Assembly (NCBI GenBank): GCA_951406725.2
Contig: OX597825.1
Span: forward strand, 62,930,001-62,994,000
Origin: Octopus vulgaris
Taxonomy: Eukaryota
Direction of reading: 5' to 3'
DNA: 64,000 nt
In this document: piece by piece, positions 51,690-64,000 of the stretch
Numbering within the stretch: position 1 is the first letter of the stretch
Layout: every line of letters starts with the position of its first letter
Translations under genes and position numbers: made by a program
Notes under the pieces: model-generated
Databases searched by the model: none
What the model was told of the DNA's origin: nothing
Seen by the model: only the letters and a program-made list of their open reading frames with translations

Positions 51690-53087
51690 TTGTATACCAG
51701 TATACCTCATAATTATGGACTGGAAGCAATTCAGTTCTGGTTAGACCAATTTCCGGAAGAAATACCAAAAAGGATCAGTAAAGAATTCATTACTAAATCA
51801 ATTGAATTCATCCTACACAATAACCACTTCATGTTTGACAATACATTTTACCGTCAAAAATCCGGAATTGCTATGGGTACAAGGGCAGCACCAGTCATTG
51901 CGAACTTAACAATGGGATACATGGAAATAACCATTTACCAGGAATCCTTATCAATCTTTGGAAACCCCCTCTCTCAATACATAAAAGAGAACTGGAAACG
52001 ATTCTTGGACGATTGTTTTATTCTCTGGAATGAAAACACAGATAAACTCTTAAAATTTAAAAACCTATTGAACAGCATAAACCCAAATATACAGTTCACA
52101 ATGGAATACAACCAAAAGGAACTCCCGTTCTTGGATATACTAATTAAAAAAATTAACCTTAAAATAGAAACAGACATTTTCTACAAAGCCACAGACGCCA
52201 AACAATACCTTCTTTTTAGTTCATGCCACCCAAGACACACTAAAACAAACATCCCCTTCAACCTTGCAAGAAGGATATGCACAATAGTGTCAGAACAAAA
52301 CACCAGGAACTTCAGACTGCAAGAACTCAAAAACACCTTAATTGACAGACATTACCCAACTCAACTCATAGAGGATGGGATCAGACGTGCAACAGAAATC
52401 AACATAGAAACTTTAAGAAAAGTTCAACACAACAACACACCTTCCCCGAAAATACTACCTTACATATCTACATACAACCCCAGAAACAAAGAAGCTTTCA
52501 CCATCATCACCCAGAATTTACCAATACTTCATAAAAACCCCAAATTAAAGGAAATTCTAAACATACACCAAATCATTAAAAGCTACAAACAACCTAAATC
52601 ACTTAAAAAGATTCTCACAAAGGCAAAATTGTCTTCTAAAATTACGGATGCAAAAGTAAAAAAATGTGGTAGATCGAACTGTGCAACATGTCCTAACCTA
52701 TTGGAAGGATCAGAATTCTTCTTTAAAGAGGGACAGAAATTCAAGATCAAATCTAACTTTACTTGTGCCTCTGAAAACATAATTTATGTCATTAAATGCT
52801 CGGGCTGCCACCAAGACTACGTGGGGTCCACGGGATTATCACTCAGACGTAGATGCACACTGCATCGACAACAGATTGCATTCCCAGAATATAGAATGAT
52901 ACCTTTTAGTGAACACATTGAGAAATGCGCAAAGCAACTACAACCACAATTTTTAATCTTTCCATTTTACCAATGTGCTTTCGGATCATCATCACAAATT
53001 AGACTAAATAAGGAAACATTCTTCATTGAAAAGTACAAACCCAGACTCAACTATCCGAACTCAATAATACAGAGAAATTCACACTAA
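51690..53087 (+). CDS. PLE reverse transcriptase plus Cys linker plus GIY-YIG endonuclease (partial; TTG is not the true start)
   Basis: SFDVVNLYTSIP, QKSGIAMGTRAAPVIANL, WKRFLDDCF, LPFLDI, SCHP.H.K.NIP, CGRSNCATC, IIYVIKC..C..DYVG.TG....R...H, E..FI....P.LN. Upstream RT motifs (LRPIVAGP...LLKPFL...IRD) lie in another frame, with a frameshift near 51645. Confidence 0.92.
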   Translation: MYTSIPHNYGLEAIQFWLDQFPEEIPKRISKEFITKSIEFILHNNHFMFDNTFYRQKSGIAMGTRAAPVIANLTMGYMEITIYQESLSIFGNPLSQYIKENWKRFLDDCFILWNENTDKLLKFKNLLNSINPNIQFTMEYNQKELPFLDILIKKINLKIETDIFYKATDAKQYLLFSSCHPRHTKTNIPFNLARRICTIVSEQNTRNFRLQELKNTLIDRHYPTQLIEDGIRRATEINIETLRKVQHNNTPSPKILPYISTYNPRNKEAFTIITQNLPILHKNPKLKEILNIHQIIKSYKQPKSLKKILTKAKLSSKITDAKVKKCGRSNCATCPNLLEGSEFFFKEGQKFKIKSNFTCASENIIYVIKCSGCHQDYVGSTGLSLRRRCTLHRQQIAFPEYRMIPFSEHIEKCAKQLQPQFLIFPFYQCAFGSSSQIRLNKETFFIEKYKPRLNYPNSIIQRNSH

Positions 53088-53213
53088 AGGAAAAAAATTT
53101 TTAAGCGATTATCTCCCTTACACCGGAAGAAATCACTCACTACTTTCCCTTATTTAGAACTCTCCGTAGCAAAAATACAAGGATTACGTTATTAAAAATA
53201 AACATTAAGTCAC

Positions 53214-53252
53214 AAGAAATTTGAAGAGCTAACTGCGAAACCGGTATTTCTT
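53214..53252 (+). ncRNA. Minimal hammerhead motif in the PLE 3' pLTR
   Basis: AAGAAA(t)-TTGAAGA-GC taact GC-GAAA-CCGG-TA-TTTCTT; C3 replaced by U. Confidence 0.75.
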
Positions 53253-53388
53253 TAAAAATTATAAAATTATGTCATTTTAAGGAGGAAAAAAATTTTTACA
53301 ATATTCTCCAGACATTTTGACGCAAATATATATATTTTTTAACATTTAAGCCTTCTGTCGTTTTTTCACTCATTACTATTTTCTTATA

Positions 53389-53436
<48 letters not shown>

Positions 53437-53734
53437 ATATGTGCGTGTGTATATATATATGTGTTTATGTGTGAATATGTCTGTATCCCCTGCTCCTGCC
53501 ATCACCTGACATCCAATGCTGGTGTGTTTATGTCCTCATCACTTAGCAGTTGGTGAAAAAGAGATTGATAGAATAAAGACAAGGCTTACAAAGAATAAGT
53601 CCTGGGGTCGATTTGTTCAACTAAAACCCCTTAACGTGAGGCGAAAATGACTGAAGCAAATGAAAGAATAAAAGAATATATCTGTTTATATATGCATGGA
53701 TATACACAAATTATATATACATACATATATATAC

Positions 53735-53765
<31 letters not shown>

Positions 53766-53766
53766 C

Positions 53767-53847
<81 letters not shown>

Positions 53848-53851
<4 letters not shown>

Positions 53852-54038
53852 ATCCAAACATGAAAACACAAAGAGAAAACACAACAACGCGAGGACGTGG
53901 AACAAATATAGTATTATTGGATGCTCAGGAAAGAAGGAAAGAAGGAGGGTTTAACTTTTTGAGTCTAGCTCTTCGTCGGAAACATAGGAGAAGGACAGAT
54001 CCAGAGAAGGGAAGACAGAGGAAAAAAATCGCCAACGG

Positions 54039-54040
<2 letters not shown>
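53848..54040 (-). mobile_element. Short element between (TA)n tracts with decayed HHR-like core (53949-53983)
   Basis: Reverse complement GTTT-CCGACGA-A-GAGC tag ACTC-aAAA-aG-TT-AAAC; same layout as the 200-bp family. Confidence 0.6.
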
Positions 54041-54085
<45 letters not shown>

Positions 54086-54443
54086 AATATATAAAGTAAG
54101 AAACTAAGGATAGGAATAAGCTATTGGATTGTCTATTGAATCGATCTAATTTATTGTTTATATAAATATTTTTCTGTAATTTCATCTCAGAGCTGTGGCG
54201 ATGCTGGAGCATGGCCGTTTTGCTACACTGTTATCACTGAGAGCTTCCTCTAATATATGGCACTTGATGAAGAATATAGTTTGATATAACTCCCCTCCTT
54301 TGCACCACTTGCTCTGAGGTAGTTTCATCTGATTTTAAAATGCCTACATCTTCTTAGTGCAGGTTCCTCAGGCTCTTTGGGAGAATACAATTCAATTAGA
54401 GGTAAAATTAGCCTCATTAAGTGATGGTATATCTTTTTTCTAC

Positions 54444-54526
54444 CCCTCTAAAGAGATTTTGCTTAATATAATTATTTTAATAATCGCTATTTAATATTTT
54501 AAGCTGAATTGAAACAGCTGTAAGGG
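54444..54526 (+). ncRNA. Degenerate hammerhead motif with extended helix II
   Basis: CCCT-CTAAAGA-[GATTTTGCTTAA...TTAAGCTGAATT]-GAAA-CAGCTG-TA-AGGG; G5 changed to A. Confidence 0.6.
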
Positions 54527-54647
54527 TCTACGTTTGACTTTTGCAGATAATAAGTTTATATTAAATGCTATATCTCCATTTTCCTACTTTCAGTTGAAAG
54601 ATTAATATATAAGTATATATATAAGTATATATATGTATATATATTTA

Positions 54648-54850
54648 GTCACCATGATAGATCGTTAGCCACTACACACATTATTTTCTCTCCTCGTTTC
54701 TCTCCTTGTTTTTTCTGTGTACCTTTCTGTAGAAGAGCGTAGGCTCGAAACGTAAAAGACTTTTTCTATTCCTGAGCATTATACTAATACTTCTGTTTGT
54801 TTTGTACACCACCTGTCTTCGTCTTTTGTATTATTCGTAAACTTTTCCTA
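54648..54850 (+). mobile_element. About 200-bp HHR-like short element (copy 3 of 4)
   Basis: Core at 54723-54758 CTTT-CTGTAGA-A-GAGC gtag GCTC-GAAA-CG-TA-AAAG. Confidence 0.85.
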
Positions 54851-54871
54851 TATATATTTTTATATATATGT

Positions 54872-54912
<41 letters not shown>

Positions 54913-55372
54913 CACACCCATACACATGCTTATTTCTAAAGACTGAAATAAAAGGAAATAAAATAAGAAATACATGTCTAGTTCTTATTTCTGTATTTTG
55001 TATTTTGATTATAATTGTTTTGTCTGTCACTGTGTCTGTGAGTTTAGTTTTGTCTGTAGGTTATTGAAAATGACACATTACTTTGTATGTTCAGTCTGAC
55101 ACCAGGTGAAAATTTGATAGGATCTAAAAACAATCATCAAACGGGGTGTACTTTACACCTTGGATGTATTGTAAAGATTATACAACATTTTACCAGCGTT
55201 CTACAGGTGTGAAAATATGTTGAAGCAATTGTAGTGACTTTAAATAAAGAATATCTTTCATTTTATTTTATTTTATAGCATTTATGTATTTATATAAATT
55301 CTATGGATACTATGGAATAGCCAAAAACTGCATATGAGTTTTGCATAGCATACTAAAAGGTATTTACATGAA

Positions 55373-55419
<47 letters not shown>

Positions 55420-55654
55420 TCTCATACAAACACACAAGCCCATGCGTTTGTACAGATACACACACACACGCACACACATGATGACCCCACACACATGTAC
55501 ACTCGTCCATACAGATGAATACTCACACTCACTATTCTCACATACACATGCACGATTGCACACCCTTGTTCAGCTGAATCATTGTTATTATCTCCCTTTC
55601 ACTCAGCCTCAAAGATATATATATATATATATTATATATGACTGCGAAAACTCA

Positions 55655-56139
55655 ACAAATGAAGTGAGTTCATGGCTTGCAGGATGGCCTGCTGTGCTAA
55701 GCTTGGACTGTAGAGTGACCTGTTCTGCTTGAGGAGACCTATTGTGTTAAGTACATCAACACAAACAAAATAAATATCAAATGGAATTTGTAGTTATGAT
55801 ACCCATGCCGGTGGCATGTAAAAAGCACCATCTGAATGTGGCTGATGCCAGCGTCGCCTGACTGGTGTCCATGTTGGTGACACGTAAAAAGCACCAACCG
55901 ATTGTAGTCGTTTGCCAGCCTCCTCTGGCTGCTGTGCCGGTGGCATGTAAAAAGCATCTACTACACTCATGGAGTGGTTGGCGTTAGGAAGGGCATCCAG
56001 CCGTAGAAACACTGCCAGATCAGACTGGAACCTGGCACAGCCTCCTGGCTTCCCAGACCCCGATCGAACCATCCAACGTGTGCTAGCATGGAAAACGGAC
56101 GATAAACGATGATGATAATGATGACGACGATGATGATGA
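55655..56139 (+). mobile_element. RTE-type LINE 3' UTR
   Basis: Homologous to 26590-27255 with fewer tandem units; (GAT)n tail. Confidence 0.85.
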
Positions 56140-56281
56140 AAAGAAAGTGCACACAGTTTACATAGTTTTAATATATTTTAAATGATAGAATATTGTGGTA
56201 GACGACTGGTTTTGTGTTTTGCTAATCATGACATTGAACTTATCTTGATTTTGTATTTTCTTGAAAAGATTTACATCCATG

Positions 56282-56318
<37 letters not shown>

Positions 56319-56567
56319 GAGGACAGTGTCTTAGAGGTCAGGATGTTGCACAGTTAACTGAAATTGAATCCCTGTGGTTGAGAAGCAAAAACTTCAAAAC
56401 AAACACAGCCATACCTGAACATATTTGAATGACAATATTATAATCAACTCCATTATATTTAGCCCAGCTCTAAACAAAATATTATATGATTGTACATGTG
56501 GAATATTCTTAGAATACAAGATACTCTAGTTTATATATAATATATATATTTGTATGTATATATATAT

Positions 56568-56810
56568 AGTAAAGATTATTTGCCAACATAACGGCATTCC
56601 TGGTTAGGATAAATGTCACTGCTATTTAGCCCCAGGAAACTTCTCCAGCTGGCTATACGACACACTATCTGTGTTCTTATATTTTCCTAGGGATAAATAG
56701 CAGTAACATTTATCCTAACTAGGACTGCCATGCTATGTTGGCAAATAATCTTTACTCTAGAGTACTTTTACTGAATGTCTCTTGTTGAGTAATTTTCTAT
56801 TTTATTTATG
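56568..56810. mobile_element. Short inverted-repeat element related to the 3158-3563 family
   Basis: About 70-bp arms 56568-56640 and 56683-56755; shares CACTGC.ATTTAGCCC.AGGAAAC...GACACA...TCTGTGT.CTTATATT with 3210-3280. Confidence 0.7.
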
Positions 56811-56824
56811 TATATATATACATT

Positions 56825-57005
56825 CACCATGATAGATGGCTAGCCACTACACATTCTTTATTTTCTCTCCTTGTTTCTTTCTGTGGAAGAGCTTAGCCTT
56901 GAAACGTTAAGGACTTTTTCACTTCCTGAGCGTTATACTAACACGTCTGTTTGTTTTCTACACTACCTGTCTTCGTCTTTTGTTTTTTTTTTGTGCATTC
57001 TCCCA
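56825..57005 (+). mobile_element. About 200-bp HHR-like short element (copy 4 of 4)
   Basis: Core at 56876-56913 TCTTT-CTGTGGA-A-GAGC ttag cCTT-GAAA-CG-TT-AAGGA. Confidence 0.8.
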
Positions 57006-57749
57006 ATATATATATGTGTGTGTGTATGTATATATGTGTATGTGTGTATATATATTATATATGTATGCATATATATGTATATGCATACATATATGTGTGT
57101 GCATGTGTATATATATATAAATGTATGTATGTATGTATTTATGTATCTATGTGTATACATATATATATGTATCTATGTATGCATGTGTGTGTGTGTGTAT
57201 ATATGTGTCATAGAAAACATATTAGAACAGGTGCATCAAAGAGTATTTAATTACTTTTTATGTGTCTAGGCAGTTATGATTTTTATTTAAATGAGTTTCC
57301 TGCTGAGAGACAATTAAGTCTGTCTTTTGGCTTGATGTAGCTCATTTTGTTGTGAGATTTTACATCTGCTGGGAACTTGTCATGTTCAATTTTTACCAAA
57401 TTGTACAATTAGTAAAACTGATGATGATTCTTTTAAGCTTGTCTCTTGTACTTCCATAAATCTAAATAGAGAAGAAAAGAGAAATGAAATGCATTTACTT
57501 TGAACTTTATAGATCAATTGCTATAGGAATAACTAAACAGACAGTAAAAAAATGTAGTATACACAGAAGATAACTTTGCTGTATTCCTTAGGTAGCATCG
57601 CTGTGTTTGTTTTTATTTCTAGCCCTCTTCCTATCCCTCCTCCTCATTCTCAGTCTCCTCCTATTCCTCTCCTCCTTCTCCTTCTCCTTCCTCTTCTCCC
57701 CTTTTATCCTCATTCTCTTTCTCATCATCATTATTGTAGTTATTATACG

Positions 57750-58420
57750 CAGCGGTGAGCTGGCAGAATCGTTAGCACGCCGGGCGAAATGCTTAGCAGT
57801 ATTTCGTTGGTCCTTACATTCTGAGTTCAAATTCAGCTGAGGTCGACTTTGCCTTTCATCCTTTCGGGGGCGATGAAATAAGTACCAGTTATGCACTGGG
57901 GTCAATATAATTGACTTAATCTGTTTGTCTGTCCTTGTTTGTCCCCTCTGTGTTTAGCCACTAGTGGGTAGTAAAGAAATAGGTAAGCTGGCATAATCGT
58001 TAGCATGCTGGGCGAAATGCTTAGCATTATTTTACCTATTGCTATGTTCAGAGTTCAAATTCCACTGAGGTTGACTTTGCCTTTCATCCTTTCGAGGTCG
58101 ATAAATTAAGTACCAGTGAAACACTGGGGTAAATGCAATTTACTAGACCCCTTCCCTAAATTTGAAACCTGTGTCTCCAGTAGAAAGGATTCTTGCAGTT
58201 ATTATAGGGTGATAAATTAGGGCCGTCAGTAGAGCATAAGACAAAATGCACTGCAATACTTCTTTATCGCCTTATGTTCTGAGTTCAAATCCTGCCAAGA
58301 TGAACAATGCCGTTTCATCCTTTCAGGTCAGTAAGGTATCAGTAAAGCACTAGGGTTAATGGCATTGACCAGTACCTTCTCCTCAAAATTATTGTCTTTG
58401 TACCTAAATTATAAACAATT
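57750..58420 (+). mobile_element. Tandem family C SINE units (2 clear plus 1 degenerate)
   Basis: Repeated GAGTTCAAAT...GCCTTTCATCCTTTC cores. Confidence 0.85.
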
Positions 58421-59202
58421 ATACTGTGTAATAGAATTGTAATCATTTTTCTTTTGTCTTTGGTCTGTGTTATTTCCTATTTGCTTCTATCTAGAAATCA
58501 AAGGAAATGACAACTATTCCCGTCAAACTTTGCCTTTGAGACCTGGACATCAATGTTTTGAAACTGGCATATTTTTCCATTGCATTTCAAACAGATTCAA
58601 AGCTGAGTTGCTAAAGTAGAAATATTGTTATAGCAAATATTTATCTCAGTATTACAGACTTGCTTTGTCAGTTGCTTGACCTTAATCACTTGAGAATGTC
58701 CCTTACTGGCTGACATTATGTGCATCTCTGATCAGGAGTGGGAGCAGTAATGGAGCATCATAGCCATACGTTGAGAGGGATTCTTTGTAGTTTGAATAAA
58801 TGTAACAAAAGGAAAGCTTGAAGGAAATATTAGATCTTTTTAATACTTACTTGGGGTAAGCAAATAAGAAATAACAGTTGCTACCCAAGGATAAAAATCA
58901 TGTTACACAGTGTTATAAGTATTGGTTGAATCTATTGTGTCAGACAAAATGCAGGACAGTATATTACTTGGCATTTTATGTACTCGTACAGGTGTGTGGC
59001 ATTGTGTTTGGGGTATTATATTCACAATCATAAAATTGTGGTTTCAATTCCTGGACTTATGTTCTAGGCTAAACATTTGTTTTATGCTGCTCCAATCCAC
59101 TCAGAGGTACAGTGATCTCTCACTACTTCGTGGTTCAACTATCGTGGATTTTAAAAATATATATATATAAACACCTAAAATTTTTCATTGAATCCATTAA
59201 AA

Positions 59203-59463
59203 TCATCATCATCATCATCATTTAGCTTCTGCTTTCCATGCTAGCATGGGTTGGACGGTTCAACTGGGGTCTGGGAGACCAGAAGGCTGCACCAGGCCCA
59301 GTCTGATCTGGCAATGTTTCTACAGCTGGATGCCCTTCCTAACGCCAACCACTCCGTGAGTGTAGTGGGTGCTTTCTACGTGCCACCAGCACAGGTGCCA
59401 GATGGGGCTGGCAAACGGCCATGGTCGGATGGTGCTTTTTACGTGCCACCGGCATGGGGGCCA
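59203..59463 (-). mobile_element. RTE-type LINE 3' UTR fragment
   Basis: (CAT)n tail plus consensus UTR. Confidence 0.85.
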
Positions 59464-60285
59464 GGGAATATTATTTCCTAGTCTAGGAACAACAAAAAAG
59501 CGTAAAATAGCAAAAAAGCATAAACAGGGGTATTTGAACTTAAGACAGGCTGTGATTGGTGCAATGGTGAAAGATGATGAAACACAGCTTTCTATTTTAT
59601 AATCTGACCTGTGTAACAGTAACAATCTTTATTCTTGGAATAGGAAGGAAGTTAACCCTGCAATAAACCAGTATCTTGTTCAGAAAGAACTGTCTGAATA
59701 TCAGTCACTTTTAAGCCAGAGAAACTGGGTTAATATTGTCCTTCTAAGACATAGCGCTTGGGAAAGACCTAAGCTAAGTTTTAATTTCTAATTTTAAATC
59801 ACCTCAAAGTCAACTTATGGATTCTTCCCTCTGGCGCAATAAAATAAATTACCAGATGAGGATTGAATTTGATATAATTGACTAATACCTCCCTCATAAT
59901 CTCTGGCTTTGTGATTTTATTTCACACTTTACATTCTGACTTCAAATCCTGCAGAGGAAAAATTTGCACTTCAACCCTCTGGAGTCAAAGAAATACAGTA
60001 TTGTAAAGTGCAAACATTATACACTTGTCTTCTGTACTTTTAAAATAGAAATCTTAGCCAAAACACTGGTTGAAATTGCTAGACATAACTTTGATACTGC
60101 ATTTATATCCCAGCACATGGGTCAAAGAATTACAAGAGTGATGATAAGAGATATTGGAAATGATCTAGGTTTATGGTTAACTGCCACTTTTAAAATGCAC
60201 TGCAGGTGAGTGGTTAAGGTAGAGCTAATGGTTGACAATGTGCAAACAGACGGTTTCAAGATAAATTTACAAATCCTGATAACCT

Positions 60286-60712
60286 GTGGCTGTGTGGTAA
60301 GTAGCTTGCTTATGAACCACATGGTTCCGGGTTCAGTCCCACTGTGTGGTACCTTGGGCAAATGTCTTCTACTACAGCCTCGGGCCAACCAAAGCCTTGT
60401 GAGTGGATTTGGTAGATGGAAACTGAAAGAAACCCATCGTATATATGTATATATGTATATATGTATATATGTATGTATGTTTGTGTGTGTATATGTTTCT
60501 GTGTATGTGTTTGTCCCCCCAACATCACTTGACAACTGATGCTGGTGTGTTTACACCCCCATAACTTAACGGTTTGGCAAATGAGACTGATAGAATAAGT
60601 ACTAGGCTTACAAAGAATAAACCGGGGGTCGATTTGCCCAACTAAAGGCGGTGCTCCAGCATGGCCACAGTCAAATGACTGACACAAGTAAAAGAGTAAA
60701 AGAGCAAGAGAG
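60286..60712 (+). mobile_element. SINE family A
   Basis: Near-consensus copy. Confidence 0.9.
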
Positions 60713-60979
60713 TAACCCCTGAACGCCACAAAGCTACATTGGAACTGCACCCACCCACAGGTTAATTTGCACAATGTGAAAACCCTCGCAGATTCTTTCA
60801 AAAAATACCTGCTTCCAATTTAAGAAATAGACAGCGATTAGGATCTGATGAGAAATGTTTTGTCTATACTTAGGTGCCAGGTTCTCAAACATGTATGAAT
60901 GGGGTACCTTATTTGTTTTTATGCATAATAATCATTTATGATATATATGTGTATGTGTGTGTGTGTTTGTGTTTGTGTT

Positions 60980-61012
<33 letters not shown>

Positions 61013-61240
61013 ATTTATGCATGTATTTATTTATTTATTTTGTCTAAATTTCCAGTTTTTTTATTTTTTCATGCTTCTTATTTCCATTTTGATTTTATGT
61101 CCATGCCTGTATGCCTTCATATGCCTTGTATGAATGAATGTACCCTTGTAGCAAATAATGACAAAAAACGATGATGAGGATGATGATGAATGAATATGAT
61201 AGTAATAATAATAACAATAATAATAATAATAATAATAATA

Positions 61241-61531
61241 TGAATAATTCACCTCTGGAAACATGGGTGGTTCTTTCAACATCCTTAAACAACCCTTATT
61301 CAGGGACCTCTTGAGCAAGATGGGCTACTCAACCTGAAGAAAATTCTAACTGGGCCCCACCTGCAAGGTCATGTGCTGTTTATCTTGATATGAGATCACC
61401 ATGTCGCGCACATATGGTTGTGATGCATGTGCCTGGTGTACCCTTATCAGACGGGTAGTCATGATGGGTATATTGGGCTTCGTATATTTTACCCCAGTGT
61501 CACTTTGATGGCATGAACTGCTCTCTCACTC
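61241..61531 (+). mobile_element. Probable LINE 3' UTR inserted in a (TAA)n tract
   Basis: GC-elevated 290-bp segment with (TAA)n on both sides; no ORF; family assignment inferred. Confidence 0.5.
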
Positions 61532-61563
61532 AATAATAATAATAATAAAAATAATAATAAAAA

Positions 61564-61693
<130 letters not shown>

Positions 61694-61853
61694 GTAATAA
61701 TAATGATCATTCCACAATTAACCCTTCAGTGACTAGTTATTAGCCACTTTGCTATGAGTATCCAATCATTCTATATTATCCTCAACCTGTTTTTCATTTG
61801 ATAATGTGTTTCTTCTTTTCATTCAATACCCGACCACATCAAGAAAAAGATGT

Positions 61854-61893
<40 letters not shown>

Positions 61894-62640
61894 ACACGTG
61901 TGTGTGTATGTATTTATGTATATGTGTGCATGCATGTATAGTTTCTTTCGATAACTTTTAATTCTTGAAGGCATATGTTTTGGTGTTAGTTTTGATAATT
62001 TTTTTCCATGGAGTCAGTCTTCATAACGCATCTCTTTGAAATGAACATTTTAAAAAATAATTTACCACACTACCAATTTACATCTGTTTCCATGCAATTA
62101 CACTCTTGAAGAATTCCTACATATTATTACTACATTTCTTTCTTTTCATCCTTTCAATCATTATTGCTACATTTGCTCTCAGCCAGAATCACGACTACTA
62201 ATTCTCTCTCTCTCTCTTTTCCTTTTTTTCTCTCCCTCTCTTCCTTCTCTCTCTCCCTTTATCTTTCCCACACTTTCTCACTTTCTCCCACCCTCTCTCT
62301 CTTTTGTTTTTTACATCCTTTCAAGCTTCCCAACTTACACAAATAGTCAATAATTTATTTTCATGCTCTGTGGCTATATTCTTACCAGTTATTCATTATT
62401 TTGCTCTTTGTGTATTCTCCGGTAGCTTTAGTCAGCTTCATATCTGCTTTTTCCTATTTTATTTTTTATGTTTTTTACCTTTGATTTAGAATCTCCTTTA
62501 AAGAAAGTTCAAGCATCAAGACATCCAATTCTTAACATTCTATACTGGCTTACTGCATGACACAAGTAACCCTGTTGAAAGAATGCTAAACTAAAGACAA
62601 CCGACTGCTGTTCGCATCCCGTCTTTATCATTGCGTAATA

Positions 62641-63057
62641 CCTATTTCTTTACTACCCACAAGGGGATAAACACAGAGGAGACAAACAAGGACAGACAGA
62701 CGGATTAAGTCGATTATATGGACCCCAGTGCGTAACTGGTACTTAATTTATCGACCCTGAAAGGATGAAAGGCAAAGTCGACCTCAGCGGAATTTGAACT
62801 CAGAACGTAGCAGCAGACGAAATACCTATTTCTTTACTACCCACAAGGGCTAAACACAGAGGAGACAAACAAGGACAGACTGATGGATTAAGTCGATTAT
62901 ATGGACCCCAGTGTGTAACTGGTACTTAATTTATCGGCCCCGAATGGATGAAAGGCAAAGTCGACCTCAGCGGAATTTGAACACAGAACGTAGCAGCAGA
63001 CGAAATACCGCTAAGCATTTCACCCGGCGTGCTAACGTTTCTGCCAGCTCGCCGCCT
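62641..63057 (-). mobile_element. Tandem dimer of family C SINE (185-bp period)
   Basis: CCTATTTCTTTACTACCCACAAGGG at 62641 and 62826. Confidence 0.9.
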
Positions 63058-63324
63058 TCTTATTGTGTAATACCAAAGAGTAAGATGTTTAACTCCTAAA
63101 TGGCCCAGAACACTTGAATGTAATTAAAGACTTTGTGCAAAAGCTTAGCAGAAGTTTGATAACAGATGGTTAAAACAGTTCCTGCATGGAAGAACAGAAT
63201 TCTCTGTGGCCTATAATGCTCGTTAATTATTGTGTGATGCCAAAAATGTCTTTGATTCCTGTGTGCTGTGAAGCAACATCTGCCATGATTCTGACATGCT
63301 AGTTGAGTTTCTTTTATCTTTTAT

Positions 63325-63675
63325 GTTTTCCATGTTTCAGTCAATTAACTGCGGCCAGGCTGGGGCAACACCTTGAAGAATCTTTAGTTGTATGAATTGC
63401 TTGCAGTACTTTTCTGTTTTTTTTAATTTATTCTGTTGATCCCTTTTGCTAAACTGCTAAGTTACAGGGATGTAAACACACCACCACCAGTTATCAAGTG
63501 GTGGTGAGAGACAAATACAGACACAATCACACACACACACACGACAAGCTTCATTCAGTCTCAGATCAATTTGTAAGGCTTTGGTCAGTCCAAGGCTATT
63601 GTAGAAGACACTTGCCAAAAGGGCCACACAGAGGGACTGAGTCTGGAACTATGTAGATTGAAAGCAAGCTTCTTA
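63325..63675 (-). mobile_element. SINE family A, diverged
   Basis: Tail and head motifs on the minus strand. Confidence 0.7.
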
Positions 63676-64000
63676 TTTCTTTATTGCCCACAAGGGGCTA
63701 AACATAGAGGGGACAAACAAGGACAGACAAAAGGATTAAATCGATTATATCGACCCCAGTGCATGACTGGTACTTAAATTATCGACCCTGAAAGGATGAA
63801 AGGCAAAGTCGACCACAGCGGAATTTGAACTCAGAACATAAGGGCAGATGAATGACCTATTTCTTTACAACACACAAGGGGCTAAATACAGAGAGGACAA
63901 ACAAGGACAGACAAATGTATTAAATCAATTATATCGGCCCCAGTGCATAACTGGTACTTAATTTATTGACCCTGAATGGATGAAAGGCAAAGTCGATCTT
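63675..64000 (-). mobile_element. Tandem family C SINE units running off the window
   Basis: Two Meta-core units. Confidence 0.88.

Larger units (their letters stand above)
51412..53392 (+). mobile_element. 5'-truncated Penelope-like retroelement (Neptune-like) with inverted 5' pLTR stub
   Basis: RT plus GIY-YIG coding region; 28-bp inverted repeat 51412-51439 / 53365-53392 (1 mismatch); 3' HHR; (TA)n on both sides. Confidence 0.93.
51160..53676 (+). mobile_element. SINE family A split by the PLE insertion in its internal (TA)n
   Basis: Head at 51160-51305 and tail at about 53455-53676 flank the PLE. Confidence 0.8.

Noticed and set aside
61718-61740. piggyBac-like TTAACCC ends and hAT-like CAGTG ends (also about 3590, 11470, 19535, 50825)
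   Set aside because: Isolated termini without a matching partner or TSD.

Overview
AT-rich, repeat-saturated animal genomic DNA; the SINE/LINE repertoire and (TA)n/(CA)n/(GAT)n load point to an octopod cephalopod (inference). No complete host gene is visible: one candidate exon (31704-31978) suggests most of the window is intron or intergenic. Nearly all ORF-track entries are microsatellite read-through. Real coding signal comes only from transposons: a near-intact, 5'-truncated Penelope-like element (PLE; RT plus GIY-YIG, 51412-53392), a decayed PLE endonuclease, and RTE, CR1, R4/Dong-like, Tc1, mariner and Helitron remnants. The main result is about 15 minimal type-I hammerhead ribozyme (HHR) motifs, folded by hand, in at least 7 unrelated sequence families. 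Most have a palindromic helix III and sit in short non-coding PLE-derived or retrozyme-like elements next to (TA)n tracts. One 4-copy family carries a fixed non-canonical core (A6U). Also notable: a full-length U6 copy fused to a retroelement 3' tail, and a 1.36-kb stop-free Asp/Gly/Tyr higher-order trinucleotide array. Repeat boundaries are approximate and no database search or folding program was run.
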